A stretch of DNA of 64,000 bases from Burkholderiales bacterium (GTDB lineage: Bacteria; Pseudomonadota; Gammaproteobacteria; Burkholderiales; SG8-41), in NCBI GenBank assembly GCA_030683105.1, contig JAUXMZ010000003.1:86703-150702 (forward strand), read 5' to 3'. This document shows positions 1 through 9,846 of the stretch, in pieces. Within the stretch, counting starts at the first letter, position 1. Every line of letters begins with the position of its first letter. Both the position numbers and the translations under genes were made by a program. The notes under the pieces are model-generated. The model saw only the letters and a program-made list of their open reading frames with translations. It did not search any database and was not told where the DNA came from.

Positions 1-69
1 GATCGAGGTCGCGTTGGACCACTGGTAGTTGTCGGGAAAGCTGTCGATCCAGTTGCCGGGGTAGAACAT
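1..69 (-). CDS. 5' end of an unidentified CDS continuing beyond the window edge
   Basis: ATG at 69..67 with GGAG 8 nt upstream on the minus strand; frame open to position 1 (MFYPGNWIDSFPDNYQWSNATSI); family not recognisable from 23 aa. Confidence 0.4.
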   Translation of the reverse strand, partial: MFYPGNWIDSFPDNYQWSNATSI

Positions 70-124
70 GAAGTTTTCTCCGTGATGAACGGTGGGTTGA
101 GATGGGGAGATCGGATGCCGGATG

Positions 125-1084
125 TCAGTTTCCGATCGGCAGATCGATGCCGATGCCCCGCTCGCGGGCGAGCGCAACGAGTGCGGCGCCGACGTAAATG
201 TCCTGCACCGCCATGCCGTGAGATTCGTAGAGCGTGATGTGTTCGTTCGCGGTTCTTCCCGGCACCCGCCCCACAATGATTTCTCCGAGCTCGGGCAGCG
301 TGTTCCAGTCCAGGTGGCCTTTTTCCACCAGCGGCAGCAGGTCTCCGCACTCGTTGCGCGCGGTCCCGCGGGCATCGACGGCCACCGTCGCGCAGCGCCT
401 GACCGCGGCCTCGTCGAGTTCGCGCCGGATGAGCGAATTGGATCCCGCCGCATTGATATGCTGGCCGGGCTCCAGCCATTCGCCCAGCAGCACCGGAGAT
501 GCGGCCTTGGTGATGACGTTGACGATATCGGCGCCGCGCACCGCATCAGCTGCGCTTGCCACGGGCTTTACCGGGATGCCCAGCCGCGTCGACATCGTTT
601 CGCAGAACTTTCGGGCGCGCTCCGCGGTGCGGCTGTAGACCCTGACCTCGCGGATAGCGCGCACCTTGCACACCGCTTCGAGCTGGCCGACGGCCTGCTT
701 GCCGGCGCCGATCATGCCGACCACCGCGGCGTCCTGGCGCGCGAGGTAGCGGGTGGCGACGCCGCTCGCGGCCCCGGTCCGCACCATGCCGAGGCAGCTG
801 CCTTCGATGATGGCTTCGAGCTTGCCGCTGTCGGTGCCGAACAGCTGCACAAAATAGCGCGTGCCCTTGCCGGTGGCGTAGTAGGCCTTGAACCCGATGA
901 GCTTCAATTCAGGTGCTGCGGCCTCCATCATGTGCAGCGTGCCGGCCGGAATGTGGGCGCGCACCCGCGGCACATCGACCGCCAGGCCCAACGCCCGGTC
1001 CTTCAGCGAGCGCTCGACCATCTCCAGCGCGAGCGGCATGGTTAGCAAAGCCTCGACATCGCTCTCCTTGAGGTAGCGGACCAT
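125..1084 (-). CDS. ornithine cyclodeaminase / mu-crystallin family protein
   Basis: 319-aa ORF with Rossmann-type VGMIGAGKQA and overall OCD/mu-crystallin-like sequence; the 307-aa ORF on the opposite strand is a GC shadow. Confidence 0.85.
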   Translation of the reverse strand: MVRYLKESDVEALLTMPLALEMVERSLKDRALGLAVDVPRVRAHIPAGTLHMMEAAAPELKLIGFKAYYATGKGTRYFVQLFGTDSGKLEAIIEGSCLGMVRTGAASGVATRYLARQDAAVVGMIGAGKQAVGQLEAVCKVRAIREVRVYSRTAERARKFCETMSTRLGIPVKPVASAADAVRGADIVNVITKAASPVLLGEWLEPGQHINAAGSNSLIRRELDEAAVRRCATVAVDARGTARNECGDLLPLVEKGHLDWNTLPELGEIIVGRVPGRTANEHITLYESHGMAVQDIYVGAALVALARERGIGIDLPIGN

Positions 1085-1094
1085 GGGCGGCCGA

Positions 1095-2075
1095 TCAGTT
1101 CTGCTTGATCCCGACGTCGCGGATGAGGCGGACTGCCGCCGTCACTTCCGCCTCGATGCTGTCCTTGAACTGCTGCGGCGTATTGCCGACGGCTTCATAA
1201 CCGTCGTTCAGAACGCGTTTGCGTATCGCGGGCAGACTCATGATGTGGGCAATTTTTTCGCCAAGCGTGCTGACCACTGACGGCGGCAGGCCCGCGGGGC
1301 CGAGCAAGCCGAGCCAAGTGTAGACGTCCTCGAAGCCCTTCAGGCCCGCCTCGGCCATCGTCGGTACGTCAGGCAGGGCGGGCGCCCTTGCCGCGCCCGT
1401 GACCGCCAGGCCGCGCAGCTTGCCGGTGCTGACTTGCGGCTGGGAGATGCCGATGTTGTCGAACTTAAAATGGGTTTCACCCGTCACGACCGCGAGCATC
1501 GCGGGGGCGGCGCCCTTGTAGGGCACGTGAACGGTCTTGATTCCTGCACCCGCATTGAGCATCTCGCCCACGATGTGGCTGTAGCCCCCCGTTCCCGAGC
1601 TGGAGTAGTTGAGCTGGCCGGGCCTTGCCTTGGCAAACGCAATGAACTCTTTCAAAGAGCGCACCGGCACCGACGGATGCACGATCAGATATTGCGGAAA
1701 CCTGACGGCGACCGACACCGGAGTGAAATCGGCCACTGGATCGAAAGGTCGCGGGTTCTGCATGACCGGGCTGAATACATGCGCGGTGTTCGACGTGAAC
1801 AACAGGGTGTAGCCATCGGGCGCCGACTGCCGGACAGCCTGGGTGCCGATGGCTCCTGTCGCGCCGGCCCGGTTCTCGACGATTACGGACTTGTCCAGCG
1901 CTGTCCGCAGTTCATGCGCGAGTATGCGCGCATACGTGTCGGTCGAGCCGCCCGCCGGGAACGGCACGATGATCCGCACGACCTGGGTGGGATATCCCTG
2001 CGCCACGCCCAGTCCCGGGGCGGCAATGAGTGCGCAGGCAAGAAACAATCCGGATATGGTTTTCGGGATGCTCAC
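1095..2075 (-). CDS. Bug-family (TctC-like) tripartite tricarboxylate transporter substrate-binding protein
   Basis: RIIVPFPAGGSTD and SSSGTGGYSH motifs typical of Bug/TctC receptors; start moved to GTG 2075 (GAGGAG 6 nt upstream, followed by a signal peptide); stop is 10 nt before the cyclodeaminase-family start. Confidence 0.85.
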   Translation of the reverse strand: MSIPKTISGLFLACALIAAPGLGVAQGYPTQVVRIIVPFPAGGSTDTYARILAHELRTALDKSVIVENRAGATGAIGTQAVRQSAPDGYTLLFTSNTAHVFSPVMQNPRPFDPVADFTPVSVAVRFPQYLIVHPSVPVRSLKEFIAFAKARPGQLNYSSSGTGGYSHIVGEMLNAGAGIKTVHVPYKGAAPAMLAVVTGETHFKFDNIGISQPQVSTGKLRGLAVTGAARAPALPDVPTMAEAGLKGFEDVYTWLGLLGPAGLPPSVVSTLGEKIAHIMSLPAIRKRVLNDGYEAVGNTPQQFKDSIEAEVTAAVRLIRDVGIKQN

Positions 2076-2344
2076 GAATATCTCCTCGTCACGAACAACG
2101 CTGCTGTTATTGGACAAACGGATCAGAACCGGCGCCACACATTCCATGGCGAACGCACCCGCAAATAATACCCGATCAGCGGCGCCACTGTCCCAACGCT
2201 GTCAATGCGAAAAGCGCCGATCAGTGCTTTGGTTTTGACGCAGGTACCATACTATGAACCCTAAAGGGTCAAACTGCGCAGTCCGCTAACAGTTTATGCG
2301 GTTTGCGCGTCTGACCTCATTCGAAGGCGCTATCGCATTAGCGT

Positions 2345-4090
2345 TTATTTGGACGGAATGACAGGGAGCAACACGTGTGATTGCCGGTCAGGCGACATGT
2401 GTAGCGTCACTTTGCCGCCGAAGACGTCGGCCGGCCGGGTGCTGGCGTCGTCGTGCCGAAACGGTCCAACCCCTGTGAATTCAGAGTACATGGCAGCAAG
2501 CCCTGCTGCGGCGCCGCAAGGGTGCATATAGTCCTTCCCCCGAACCGTCAGACCGAGGCGATAGCCGGGGGGCAGCACGATACAGGTCGTCCAGATCTCC
2601 ACATCGAGCTCGTACACTTCGCCCGGAGTCAGAGGCTGTTTTTCATCATGGGCGTGGTATGGCCGGTAAGGAAGCGTCAGTTTCTGATCCAGCTTGCGGT
2701 GCGAGGCGCGCAACCAGCCTTGGGCGATGGGTGTTCTCGGGTCGAGTGCGCCGCGAAACGTCAGCTCCGACATGTTCGGCGAAAACACGCGCACAATAAG
2801 AAAAAGATCGGCATCCGCGGTTTCCGAGGAGACGAAGAGCTTCGCCGCCAGCGGGCCGGTGATTTCGATCTCCTTTTCGAGTGGCGGCGCAAGAAAGGTC
2901 ACACCGTCGCCCAATCCTTCGTAAGTGATGGCGCCTGTGGCAGTGGCGGGTTTGGGGCCGAGGCTTTGATCGCCGGGGTTCAGGTAATACCTGGTCCACT
3001 GGGTGCGCGCGAGCGGCCATTCGCTTTCGTGGCGTTCGACAAACTTTTCTCCGGGATGACGGACCTGCAGCAACACCTTCGGCTGTTTTTTCCAGCCGGT
3101 GTCTTCACTCTTAAGGAAATGGCCGAAAAATTTCTTCTGCAAATTCACGCCGTAGTCGGTGTAAAACTCGGTCCAATGTTCGCGCCCGTGCACTTCGAGC
3201 CACTTCTGTTCAGAGGCCGCCCGCACAAAACCTTCGATGTTTCCCCGCGGGTGTATCCCCTGGCCGCCCCAGTTGGAGGCGGAAAGCAAGGGGACGGTCA
3301 CCTTGGACCAGTCCGGAATCCGGGCCTGCCAGTACTCGTCAAACAGCGGATGCGACAAGATGTCCTTGCCCAGGTCGCAACGGTTGACTTTGATCTCTTC
3401 CTCGGAGAGGGTCTCGGGTCCGGACACCCACTCGCCGTTCACGCGGCTTTTGTAACCCCGTTCTCCATGTCCGTGTTGTTTTGTGGTCGCCCGGTTCGCG
3501 TACCAGTTGGAAATATAGGTGGAATAGATGCCCCCGTGATAGGCAAAATCACGGTAGTAATCGGCCCCACCCTCCCATGCGCATATTGCGGCCAGATGCG
3601 GCGGCTTCAGGCACGCGACATGCCACTGGTTCATCGCGTAGTAGGAGATGCCGTTCAAACCCACTTTGCCGTTGCTCCAGGGTTGCGCGGCAGCCCATTC
3701 GATGCACTGGTACAGGTCCTGGGTCTCGCGGGGAGAGAACGGTTCAAGGTAGCCCGGAGAGCGGCCCGCGCCGCGCGAGTCTATCCGCAGGCAGACATAA
3801 CCATCCGGCACCCACTTTTCCGGATCGACGACTTCCCAGTTCTGGTATTTGTTGGTTGAACCCGCCGCGACTTCCGGAAACCCTTCGATCATGGTTTTCC
3901 ATTGCCCGCCATAGCCATCCTGGAAGGCGAGCCACTTGCCATAAACGCCGTAAGTCATGACCACCGGATATTTGCCTTCCTTCACGGGTCGGAACACATC
4001 GGCTCGCAGAACGACGCCGTCCTCCATGGCAATCGGCGCATCCCAGTCGATCCGCATCCCGTCTTTGATCTCGCTCTTGAACTGGCTCAT
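2345..4090 (-). CDS. CocE/NonD family hydrolase (X-Pro dipeptidyl-peptidase S15-like)
   Basis: 581-aa ORF; N-terminal alpha/beta-hydrolase part (RIDSRGAGRSPG, GISYYAMNQW) and C-terminal jelly-roll-like part typical of CocE/NonD; AAGGA SD before the ATG. Confidence 0.8.
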   Translation of the reverse strand: MSQFKSEIKDGMRIDWDAPIAMEDGVVLRADVFRPVKEGKYPVVMTYGVYGKWLAFQDGYGGQWKTMIEGFPEVAAGSTNKYQNWEVVDPEKWVPDGYVCLRIDSRGAGRSPGYLEPFSPRETQDLYQCIEWAAAQPWSNGKVGLNGISYYAMNQWHVACLKPPHLAAICAWEGGADYYRDFAYHGGIYSTYISNWYANRATTKQHGHGERGYKSRVNGEWVSGPETLSEEEIKVNRCDLGKDILSHPLFDEYWQARIPDWSKVTVPLLSASNWGGQGIHPRGNIEGFVRAASEQKWLEVHGREHWTEFYTDYGVNLQKKFFGHFLKSEDTGWKKQPKVLLQVRHPGEKFVERHESEWPLARTQWTRYYLNPGDQSLGPKPATATGAITYEGLGDGVTFLAPPLEKEIEITGPLAAKLFVSSETADADLFLIVRVFSPNMSELTFRGALDPRTPIAQGWLRASHRKLDQKLTLPYRPYHAHDEKQPLTPGEVYELDVEIWTTCIVLPPGYRLGLTVRGKDYMHPCGAAAGLAAMYSEFTGVGPFRHDDASTRPADVFGGKVTLHMSPDRQSHVLLPVIPSK

Positions 4091-4310
4091 TCGGCATCCT
4101 TGTGTGAAAAAATGACAGGCAACCCCATAATCCGGCGGCTAAGTTTCAGGTAAGGCTAATCGGCCGCGAGAAAAAATCAGATTGGGACGAAACTAAATTA
4201 GTTGGGCAAGGGCAGGCGAGCTGACATCCGGCTTAATTGACCCATAGAGCATCGGAAAAACAATAATAACCGCCACGGGGTATATCATATCCTCGTGGGG
4301 GTGACAGTAA

Positions 4311-4342
4311 AAGCGGTAAGCGGTAAGCGGTAAGCGGTAAGG
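4311..4342. repeat. heptamer tandem array AAGCGGT x4.5
   Basis: aagcggt aagcggt aagcggt aagcggt aagg read directly; lies in the divergent region between the CocE/NonD and RidA-fusion genes. Confidence 0.9.
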
Positions 4343-4600
4343 GGTGGAACTCATGCGCGCCCGGCAGGCCTACCCGTCACGCAGGTGCTAATGAGGTGTA
4401 ACGGGGCTTGCGAAAAAACCAAGTCGGCAAGGTCCGTATAAAATCCTCTGGGACAGTGCGGTAACGACCTGTTTCTCAAGAATGAAACTCGGATTGGAAA
4501 ATTTTTACCGCGTTGCTGAAATCGTGCGTAGAATTTCTTTCTGACGACGCTCTGGACGGACTCCACGATTTGACCGGGGTGCTGCCCGACATCAACCATA

Positions 4601-5941
4601 ATGAAAGTGCGTACCGACATGCCCAAGAAAAAAGCCGTATCGCTCCGGTCCGCAGTGACCCCGCTGCTTCCCGTGACCATACAGCCCGGTGACATCCGTT
4701 ACGCACCGGGGGTACGGGCCGGGCGCTGGGTGTTCGCCACCGGCCACAAGGGCACGGCGGACTTTATCAGCGGCATGGCACCCGACGTGACCAACGAAGC
4801 GGCGCCACGGCACAGCGTACCCAGGTTCAAAAAAGAGGCGCGGCGCATCTTCGCCAATTTCGCCAAAGTGCTGAAGGCCGGCGGCGCCGACCGCAAGCAC
4901 GTCGTACGCGTGGACCAGTACTACACCGGTGGCCATGTCGTCGATGCTTATCATGAAGTGCGGCGTGAGTTTTTCGCCGGCCATATCCCGCCCAGCACGT
5001 CCAACCTGCACCAGCGTTTTTTGCTCACCGGTCAGGATATGGAAGTGCAGTTGATGGCGGTGGTGCCGGGCAAGGGATTTGACGTGGTGCAGCATCGCCC
5101 GGCGAATCTGCCGGTGCACGCCTCCTCAGGCTATAGTCCGGTGCTGACCTGCGGCGACTATGTGTTTGTCGCCGGGCAGACCTCGGAGGCGCTGAAAACC
5201 GAAGAGGGTCCGCTCGACCCGGCGGCACGCATGCCCGCCGGGCATCTGTGGAAAGGCACGCCGATCAAGCTCGAGACCGAATTCGTGATCGAGCGCAAGA
5301 TGAAGCCCGCCCTCGCTACCATCGGCAATACGCTTGCCGATGTAGTGAAGGCGCAGGTCTACCTGCGCGACGTTAACGACATCCCGGCCTTCAACGAGGT
5401 ATGGGCGAAGCACTTCAGGAAAGCGCCGCCCGCGACCACCATCATCACCACCTCGACGCCCGGCTTCATTTGCGAACAAGGCCGCATCGAGATCAATATC
5501 ATCAGCGTGCGCCGCGGTGGACGCACCAAAAAACAGGTCATCGACGCCGGCGTGCCCACGGCATACGATGGCCACGTGCAGGCGATCCGCGCCGGCGACC
5601 TGCTGTTTCTGTCGGGACTGATGGCGGTTGAAGCTGGTGGCGCGCTCGCGCCGCAAACGCGCATCGATCCGCGCCAGCCGCACTTCGGAAGTGCAGCGCA
5701 GTTGCAGATGGAGCACATGCTGGCGCAAGCCGAACGCATCTGTCGCAAGGCCGGGACGACACTTGCCAATGCGGTGCGCGTGCAGCAGTTTCACACTGAT
5801 CTCGCCGATTTCAACGGCGCATATCAGGTGTGGCAACAGCATTTGCCCGGCCAGCACCTGCCGTTTTCGGCGATAGAAGTGCCGGCGCTCGGCGTGCCGG
5901 GCGCCGTGGTGATGCTCGATCTATGGGTGTATGTGCCCTAG
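4601..5941 (+). CDS. RidA/YjgF/L-PSP family protein with three tandem RidA-like domains
   Basis: 446 aa; three internal repeats each with a G..VF..G-type motif (RWVFATGHKG, DYVFVAGQTS, DLLFLSGLMA) and a hydrophobic beta-strand ending (MEVQLMAVVP, IEINIISVRR, VMLDLWVYVP); start could also be ATG 4619. Confidence 0.75.
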   Translation: MKVRTDMPKKKAVSLRSAVTPLLPVTIQPGDIRYAPGVRAGRWVFATGHKGTADFISGMAPDVTNEAAPRHSVPRFKKEARRIFANFAKVLKAGGADRKHVVRVDQYYTGGHVVDAYHEVRREFFAGHIPPSTSNLHQRFLLTGQDMEVQLMAVVPGKGFDVVQHRPANLPVHASSGYSPVLTCGDYVFVAGQTSEALKTEEGPLDPAARMPAGHLWKGTPIKLETEFVIERKMKPALATIGNTLADVVKAQVYLRDVNDIPAFNEVWAKHFRKAPPATTIITTSTPGFICEQGRIEINIISVRRGGRTKKQVIDAGVPTAYDGHVQAIRAGDLLFLSGLMAVEAGGALAPQTRIDPRQPHFGSAAQLQMEHMLAQAERICRKAGTTLANAVRVQQFHTDLADFNGAYQVWQQHLPGQHLPFSAIEVPALGVPGAVVMLDLWVYVP

Positions 5942-6025
5942 CTCCGGGCAGTGCGGGGCGTTGTTCTTGTTTGAATCATGTTGCGCATCATCCGTTGACG
6001 CAACCGTTTTCTAGAAAGGAAGATC

Positions 6026-7024
6026 ATGAACATGACCTTGATGATTTCGCACCAACTGCGCTCTCATTTTCAGATAATGCTGCGCTTCCTCGCAATCGCC
6101 GCGCTCGCCATGCCATCAGCCCAGGCGGCTGATTTCCCGCCGGAGCAGATCCGCATCGTAGTGCCCTATTCGGCAGGCGGCGGCACCGATGTCATTGCGC
6201 GTCTGGTTGCACAACACATGTCCGAAGCGTGGAAGGTCACGATACTGATCGACAACCGCGTTGGCGCCGGCGGTGTGGTCGGTTCGAACTACGTGACCCA
6301 GCAAAAGCCCGATGGCCGCACCTTTCTTGCCGTAGCCAGCGCGTTTGCGGTGCGCGCGGCGATCGACCGCAGCCTGCCGTACGACGCCACCAAGGATTTC
6401 GCAGGCGTCGGACAGATGGCGATTTCGCCGAGTTTCATGGTGGTGTCGCCGTCGCTTGGCTTCAAATCGCTCAAGGACCTTATCGCCTATGCCAAGGCGC
6501 AACCAGCCGGCATTTTCTATACCTCGGCGGGCGTCGGCAGCACCGCTCATTTGCATGCCGCCGCCGTGGCGCATCTGGCAGGGCTCAAGGCCGAACACGT
6601 GCCCAACAAAGGCACGCCGCAGGCGGTAACCGAAGCCATGACCGGGCGCGTGCTTTATGCGTTTGCGCCGGGCCCGAACGCGATTCCGCTCGCCAAGGCG
6701 GGCAAACTGCAGATCCTGGTGACGACTTCGCCCGCCGGCGCGCGCTTTATGCCGGGCGTGCCGAGCATTGCGGAAGCAGGCCTGGCGTACGAGGGTGATG
6801 ACTGGTTCGGCGTGTACGCGCCGCTCGGCACGCCGCTGGCGATCCGCGAGAGGTTTTCGAAAGAAATGGCGCGTGTGCTGGCGCTGCCGGAAGTGCGTGA
6901 GCGCCTGGCGACCCTCGGCGCCGAGCCGGTTTCGAGCACGCCACAGGAATACGAGAAAATGGCGCGCGAGTACATCGCCAAAGCACGCAAGCTGGGCGAC
7001 GAGATCGGCATCAAGGTCGAATAA
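6026..7024 (+). CDS. Bug-family (TctC-like) substrate-binding protein
   Basis: IRIVVPYSAGGGTDV and TSAGVGSTAHL motifs; signal peptide ending AQA; AAGGAAG SD before ATG 6026. Confidence 0.85.
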   Translation: MNMTLMISHQLRSHFQIMLRFLAIAALAMPSAQAADFPPEQIRIVVPYSAGGGTDVIARLVAQHMSEAWKVTILIDNRVGAGGVVGSNYVTQQKPDGRTFLAVASAFAVRAAIDRSLPYDATKDFAGVGQMAISPSFMVVSPSLGFKSLKDLIAYAKAQPAGIFYTSAGVGSTAHLHAAAVAHLAGLKAEHVPNKGTPQAVTEAMTGRVLYAFAPGPNAIPLAKAGKLQILVTTSPAGARFMPGVPSIAEAGLAYEGDDWFGVYAPLGTPLAIRERFSKEMARVLALPEVRERLATLGAEPVSSTPQEYEKMAREYIAKARKLGDEIGIKVE

Positions 7025-7056
7025 TAAATCATTAAATAAAACAAAGGGTTGCAATC

Positions 7057-7530
7057 ATGGGGAAGATCGAGGCCAAGCTCAAGGCATTGGGCTACGAACT
7101 GCCTCCGCCGTTCGTGTTCCCGAAGCAGAACCGCACCGGTTGCACGCAGGCAGGCTCGTTGCTTTTTTTGTCCGGGCACGGACTTGACCTGCCGAAACTG
7201 CCCGGTGTGCGGCAGACCGGCAAGTTCGGCGTCGATATCACCGTGGAGGAGGGCTACGCTACTGCGCGTGCGGTGGCCCTCACCATGATGGCGACGATGA
7301 AGGCGCACTGCGGCGATCTTGACCGCGTGAAGCGCGTGCTGCGCCTGTTCGGCATGTGCAATTGCACGCCGGATTTCGCGCAGCATCCGGCAGTCATCGA
7401 CGGCGCCTCGGATCTGTTCTACGAAGTGTGGGGTCACGAGTTAGGCAGACACGCGCGATCTGCGGTCGGGCATGTCTCGCTGCCTCGAGGTATCGCGGTT
7501 GAAATCAACGGCGAGTTTGAACTGGCTTGA
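7057..7530 (+). CDS. RidA family protein (single domain)
   Basis: 157 aa; SLLFLSGHG motif and C-terminal VEINGEFELA strand typical of the YjgF/RidA fold; 32 nt after the Bug gene. Confidence 0.75.
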   Translation: MGKIEAKLKALGYELPPPFVFPKQNRTGCTQAGSLLFLSGHGLDLPKLPGVRQTGKFGVDITVEEGYATARAVALTMMATMKAHCGDLDRVKRVLRLFGMCNCTPDFAQHPAVIDGASDLFYEVWGHELGRHARSAVGHVSLPRGIAVEINGEFELA

Positions 7531-7555
7531 GGTCGGCGTTGCGACCAAAACACAT

Positions 7556-7583
7556 TTAGTGATTAGTGATTAGTGATTGGTGA
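7556..7583. repeat. heptamer tandem array TTAGTGA x3 + TTGGTGA
   Basis: Direct reading; begins 25 nt after the RidA stop codon. Confidence 0.85.
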
Positions 7584-7645
7584 GCGGATGGTGGAGCAAA
7601 ACGGAAGCCGTGGGCCAGCGGTCTGTCGATAAAGGGAATATCACC

Positions 7646-7879
7646 ATGTATGACGGACCGATCGTCGACAGCCACCATCATTTGTGGGAGTGGCGGAACT
7701 ATCCGTGGCTGGTCGCGCCGATCACACCGAAGATGTACGGCAGCAACTTTCCGCTGGAGAAATTGTGGGCGAGCTACGACGATCTTGTCGCCACCACCAA
7801 GCGCATTCTCGCAGGCCGGCCGCACGCCGAGCAGCGCAAGTATTTCCACGACACGGCGACAGCGTTCTACCGGATCTGA
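7646..7879 (+). pseudogene. amidohydrolase-2 family remnant with in-frame internal deletion
   Basis: 77-aa frame joins a typical amidohydrolase N-terminus (MYDGPIVDSHHHLWEW..YPWL) directly to a typical C-terminus (..RKYFHDTATAFYRI); about 200 aa of the TIM barrel are missing. Confidence 0.6.
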
Positions 7880-7897
7880 CGCGGCCCGAAGTCCGCC

Positions 7898-8677
7898 CTA
7901 GCGCGCGGTCCAGCCGCCGTCGATCGTCAGGCTCGCGCCAGTGATCAGCGCCGCGGCGGGCGAGGCCAGAAACACGATCGCGCCCATGATGTCTTCGATC
8001 TCACCCAGGCGCCCCAGCGGAATGCTGGCCAGCACATCGTCGCGGAACGACTGGTTCTCAAAGAACGGTCTGGTCATGGGGGTGACGATGAACGTCGGCC
8101 CGATCGCGTTGACGCGTATGCGGTGCGGCGCCAGTTCGACCGCCATCGCCTTGGTCAGGCCCTCGGCCGCGTGCTTGGTCATGCAGTAGACGGTGCGGTT
8201 CGCCGCGCCGACATGACCCATTTGCGACGACATCTGGATGATGGCGCCGCCGCGGCCGCCGGCAATCATGCGCCGCGCCGCAGACTGGGCGACGAGGAAT
8301 GACGCCTTGACGTTGAGATCCAGGATGCGGTCGAGCCGTTCCTCCGTCACCTGCACGAAAGGCTCCGGAATATTGTCACCCGCGTTATTGACCAGGATGT
8401 CGATACGCGCCAGCGCCTCGATGCGTTCGGTGATCTGGCGCGCGTCCAGAATGTCGCACACGAGCGGGACCGCTTTGCCGCCGCGCTCCCGGATTTCCGC
8501 TGCCAGCGTCTCGAGATCGGATTGCGTTCTGCTCACCAGCACCACTTCAGCACCGGCGTCGGCCAGCGCCAGCGCGCAGCCGCGACCGAGGCCGCGCCCG
8601 GCGCCGGTGACCACCCCGACCAGTCCGTCGAGCCGCATCGACGGGGTGCGCAGCGCAGCGGTTTGCTTATCGGACAT
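7898..8677 (-). CDS. SDR family oxidoreductase
   Basis: TGAGRGLGRG cofactor motif, NNAG, and catalytic YCMTKHA (YxxxK). Confidence 0.9.
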   Translation of the reverse strand: MSDKQTAALRTPSMRLDGLVGVVTGAGRGLGRGCALALADAGAEVVLVSRTQSDLETLAAEIRERGGKAVPLVCDILDARQITERIEALARIDILVNNAGDNIPEPFVQVTEERLDRILDLNVKASFLVAQSAARRMIAGGRGGAIIQMSSQMGHVGAANRTVYCMTKHAAEGLTKAMAVELAPHRIRVNAIGPTFIVTPMTRPFFENQSFRDDVLASIPLGRLGEIEDIMGAIVFLASPAAALITGASLTIDGGWTAR

Positions 8678-8878
8678 GAGCTTCCTTTTAAAATGACGCC
8701 GCGCCGGCCGGCATTACTGCGGCGCGGTGGATTTTATTATATTATGGACGCACGACATCCGGATGGGAACATCATCCGCGCGATGCCGGCACGTAACACT
8801 CATTCCGCGCCACGTTGCACCGCTGCACCCGCGACGCACCGGCGCATGATCTGCAGGTCTTCGTAAGGAACACCGACT

Positions 8879-9844
8879 ATGGCGCCGTCCAGGAAATATA
8901 CCAAGCAGGATGTACTCGACACGGCCAAGCGCTGTTCGAACTGGGGCCGCTGGGGTCCCGATGACGAACTCGGCGTGCTGAATTTCATTACGCCCGAAGA
9001 TATTGCCAGCGCCGCTAAACTCGTGCGGCGCGGCAAAGTGTTCGCGCTGGGGCTGGCGCTCGATGCCAAAGGGCCGCAGAGCGGGCTGTTCGGCGGGCGC
9101 TGGAACCCGCTGCATCAGATGCTGGCCACCGGCACCGACGCCGTAGCCGGCGTGCAGGACGAGACGGTGGGCCTGCGCTATGCCGATGATGCCATTCATC
9201 TGCCGACGCAATGCGCGACCCAGTGGGACGCACTCGCGCATGTGTTCCTTGGCGACCAGATGTGGAACGGCTACCCGGCCATACTGGTCGATTCGCGCGG
9301 CGCGAAAAAATGCGGTATCGAGAATTTCCGCGACAAGATGGTCGGCCGCGGCGTCCTGCTCGATGTGGCGCGCTACAAGAATGTCAGTTGCCTGGAGGAC
9401 GGTTATCCGGTGACGATAGACGATCTCGAGAAAACCGCGGCCAAACAGAAGGTCGAGATCAGGCGCGGCGATTTCCTGATCATACGCACCGGCCAGATGG
9501 AAAACTGCCTGCAAAAAGGCGAGTGGGGCGGCTACGCGGGCGGTGACGCGCCCGGCCTCGCTTTCGAGACCTGTGACTGGATTTACAAAAAGGAGATTGC
9601 CGCCATCTGCTCCGATACCTGGGGCATCGAAGTGCGGCCGAACGAGTGTGCGCCCGAGGTCAATCAGCCGTTTCACTGGGTCACCATACCCGCGATCGGC
9701 ATCGTGCACGGCGAGATCATGTACCTGAAAGAGCTGGCCGACGACTGCGCGGCTGACGGCAGATATGAGTTTTTCTTCAGCGCGCCGCCGCTCAACATCA
9801 CCCACGGCACGGGCTCGCCGATCAACCCGCAGGCGATCAAGTAA
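8879..9844 (+). CDS. cyclase family protein (kynurenine formamidase-like fold)
   Basis: 321 aa; N-terminal [15 protein letters not shown] motif and overall resemblance to the putative-cyclase family. Confidence 0.7.
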   Translation: MAPSRKYTKQDVLDTAKRCSNWGRWGPDDELGVLNFITPEDIASAAKLVRRGKVFALGLALDAKGPQSGLFGGRWNPLHQMLATGTDAVAGVQDETVGLRYADDAIHLPTQCATQWDALAHVFLGDQMWNGYPAILVDSRGAKKCGIENFRDKMVGRGVLLDVARYKNVSCLEDGYPVTIDDLEKTAAKQKVEIRRGDFLIIRTGQMENCLQKGEWGGYAGGDAPGLAFETCDWIYKKEIAAICSDTWGIEVRPNECAPEVNQPFHWVTIPAIGIVHGEIMYLKELADDCAADGRYEFFFSAPPLNITHGTGSPINPQAIK

Positions 9845-9846
9845 TC

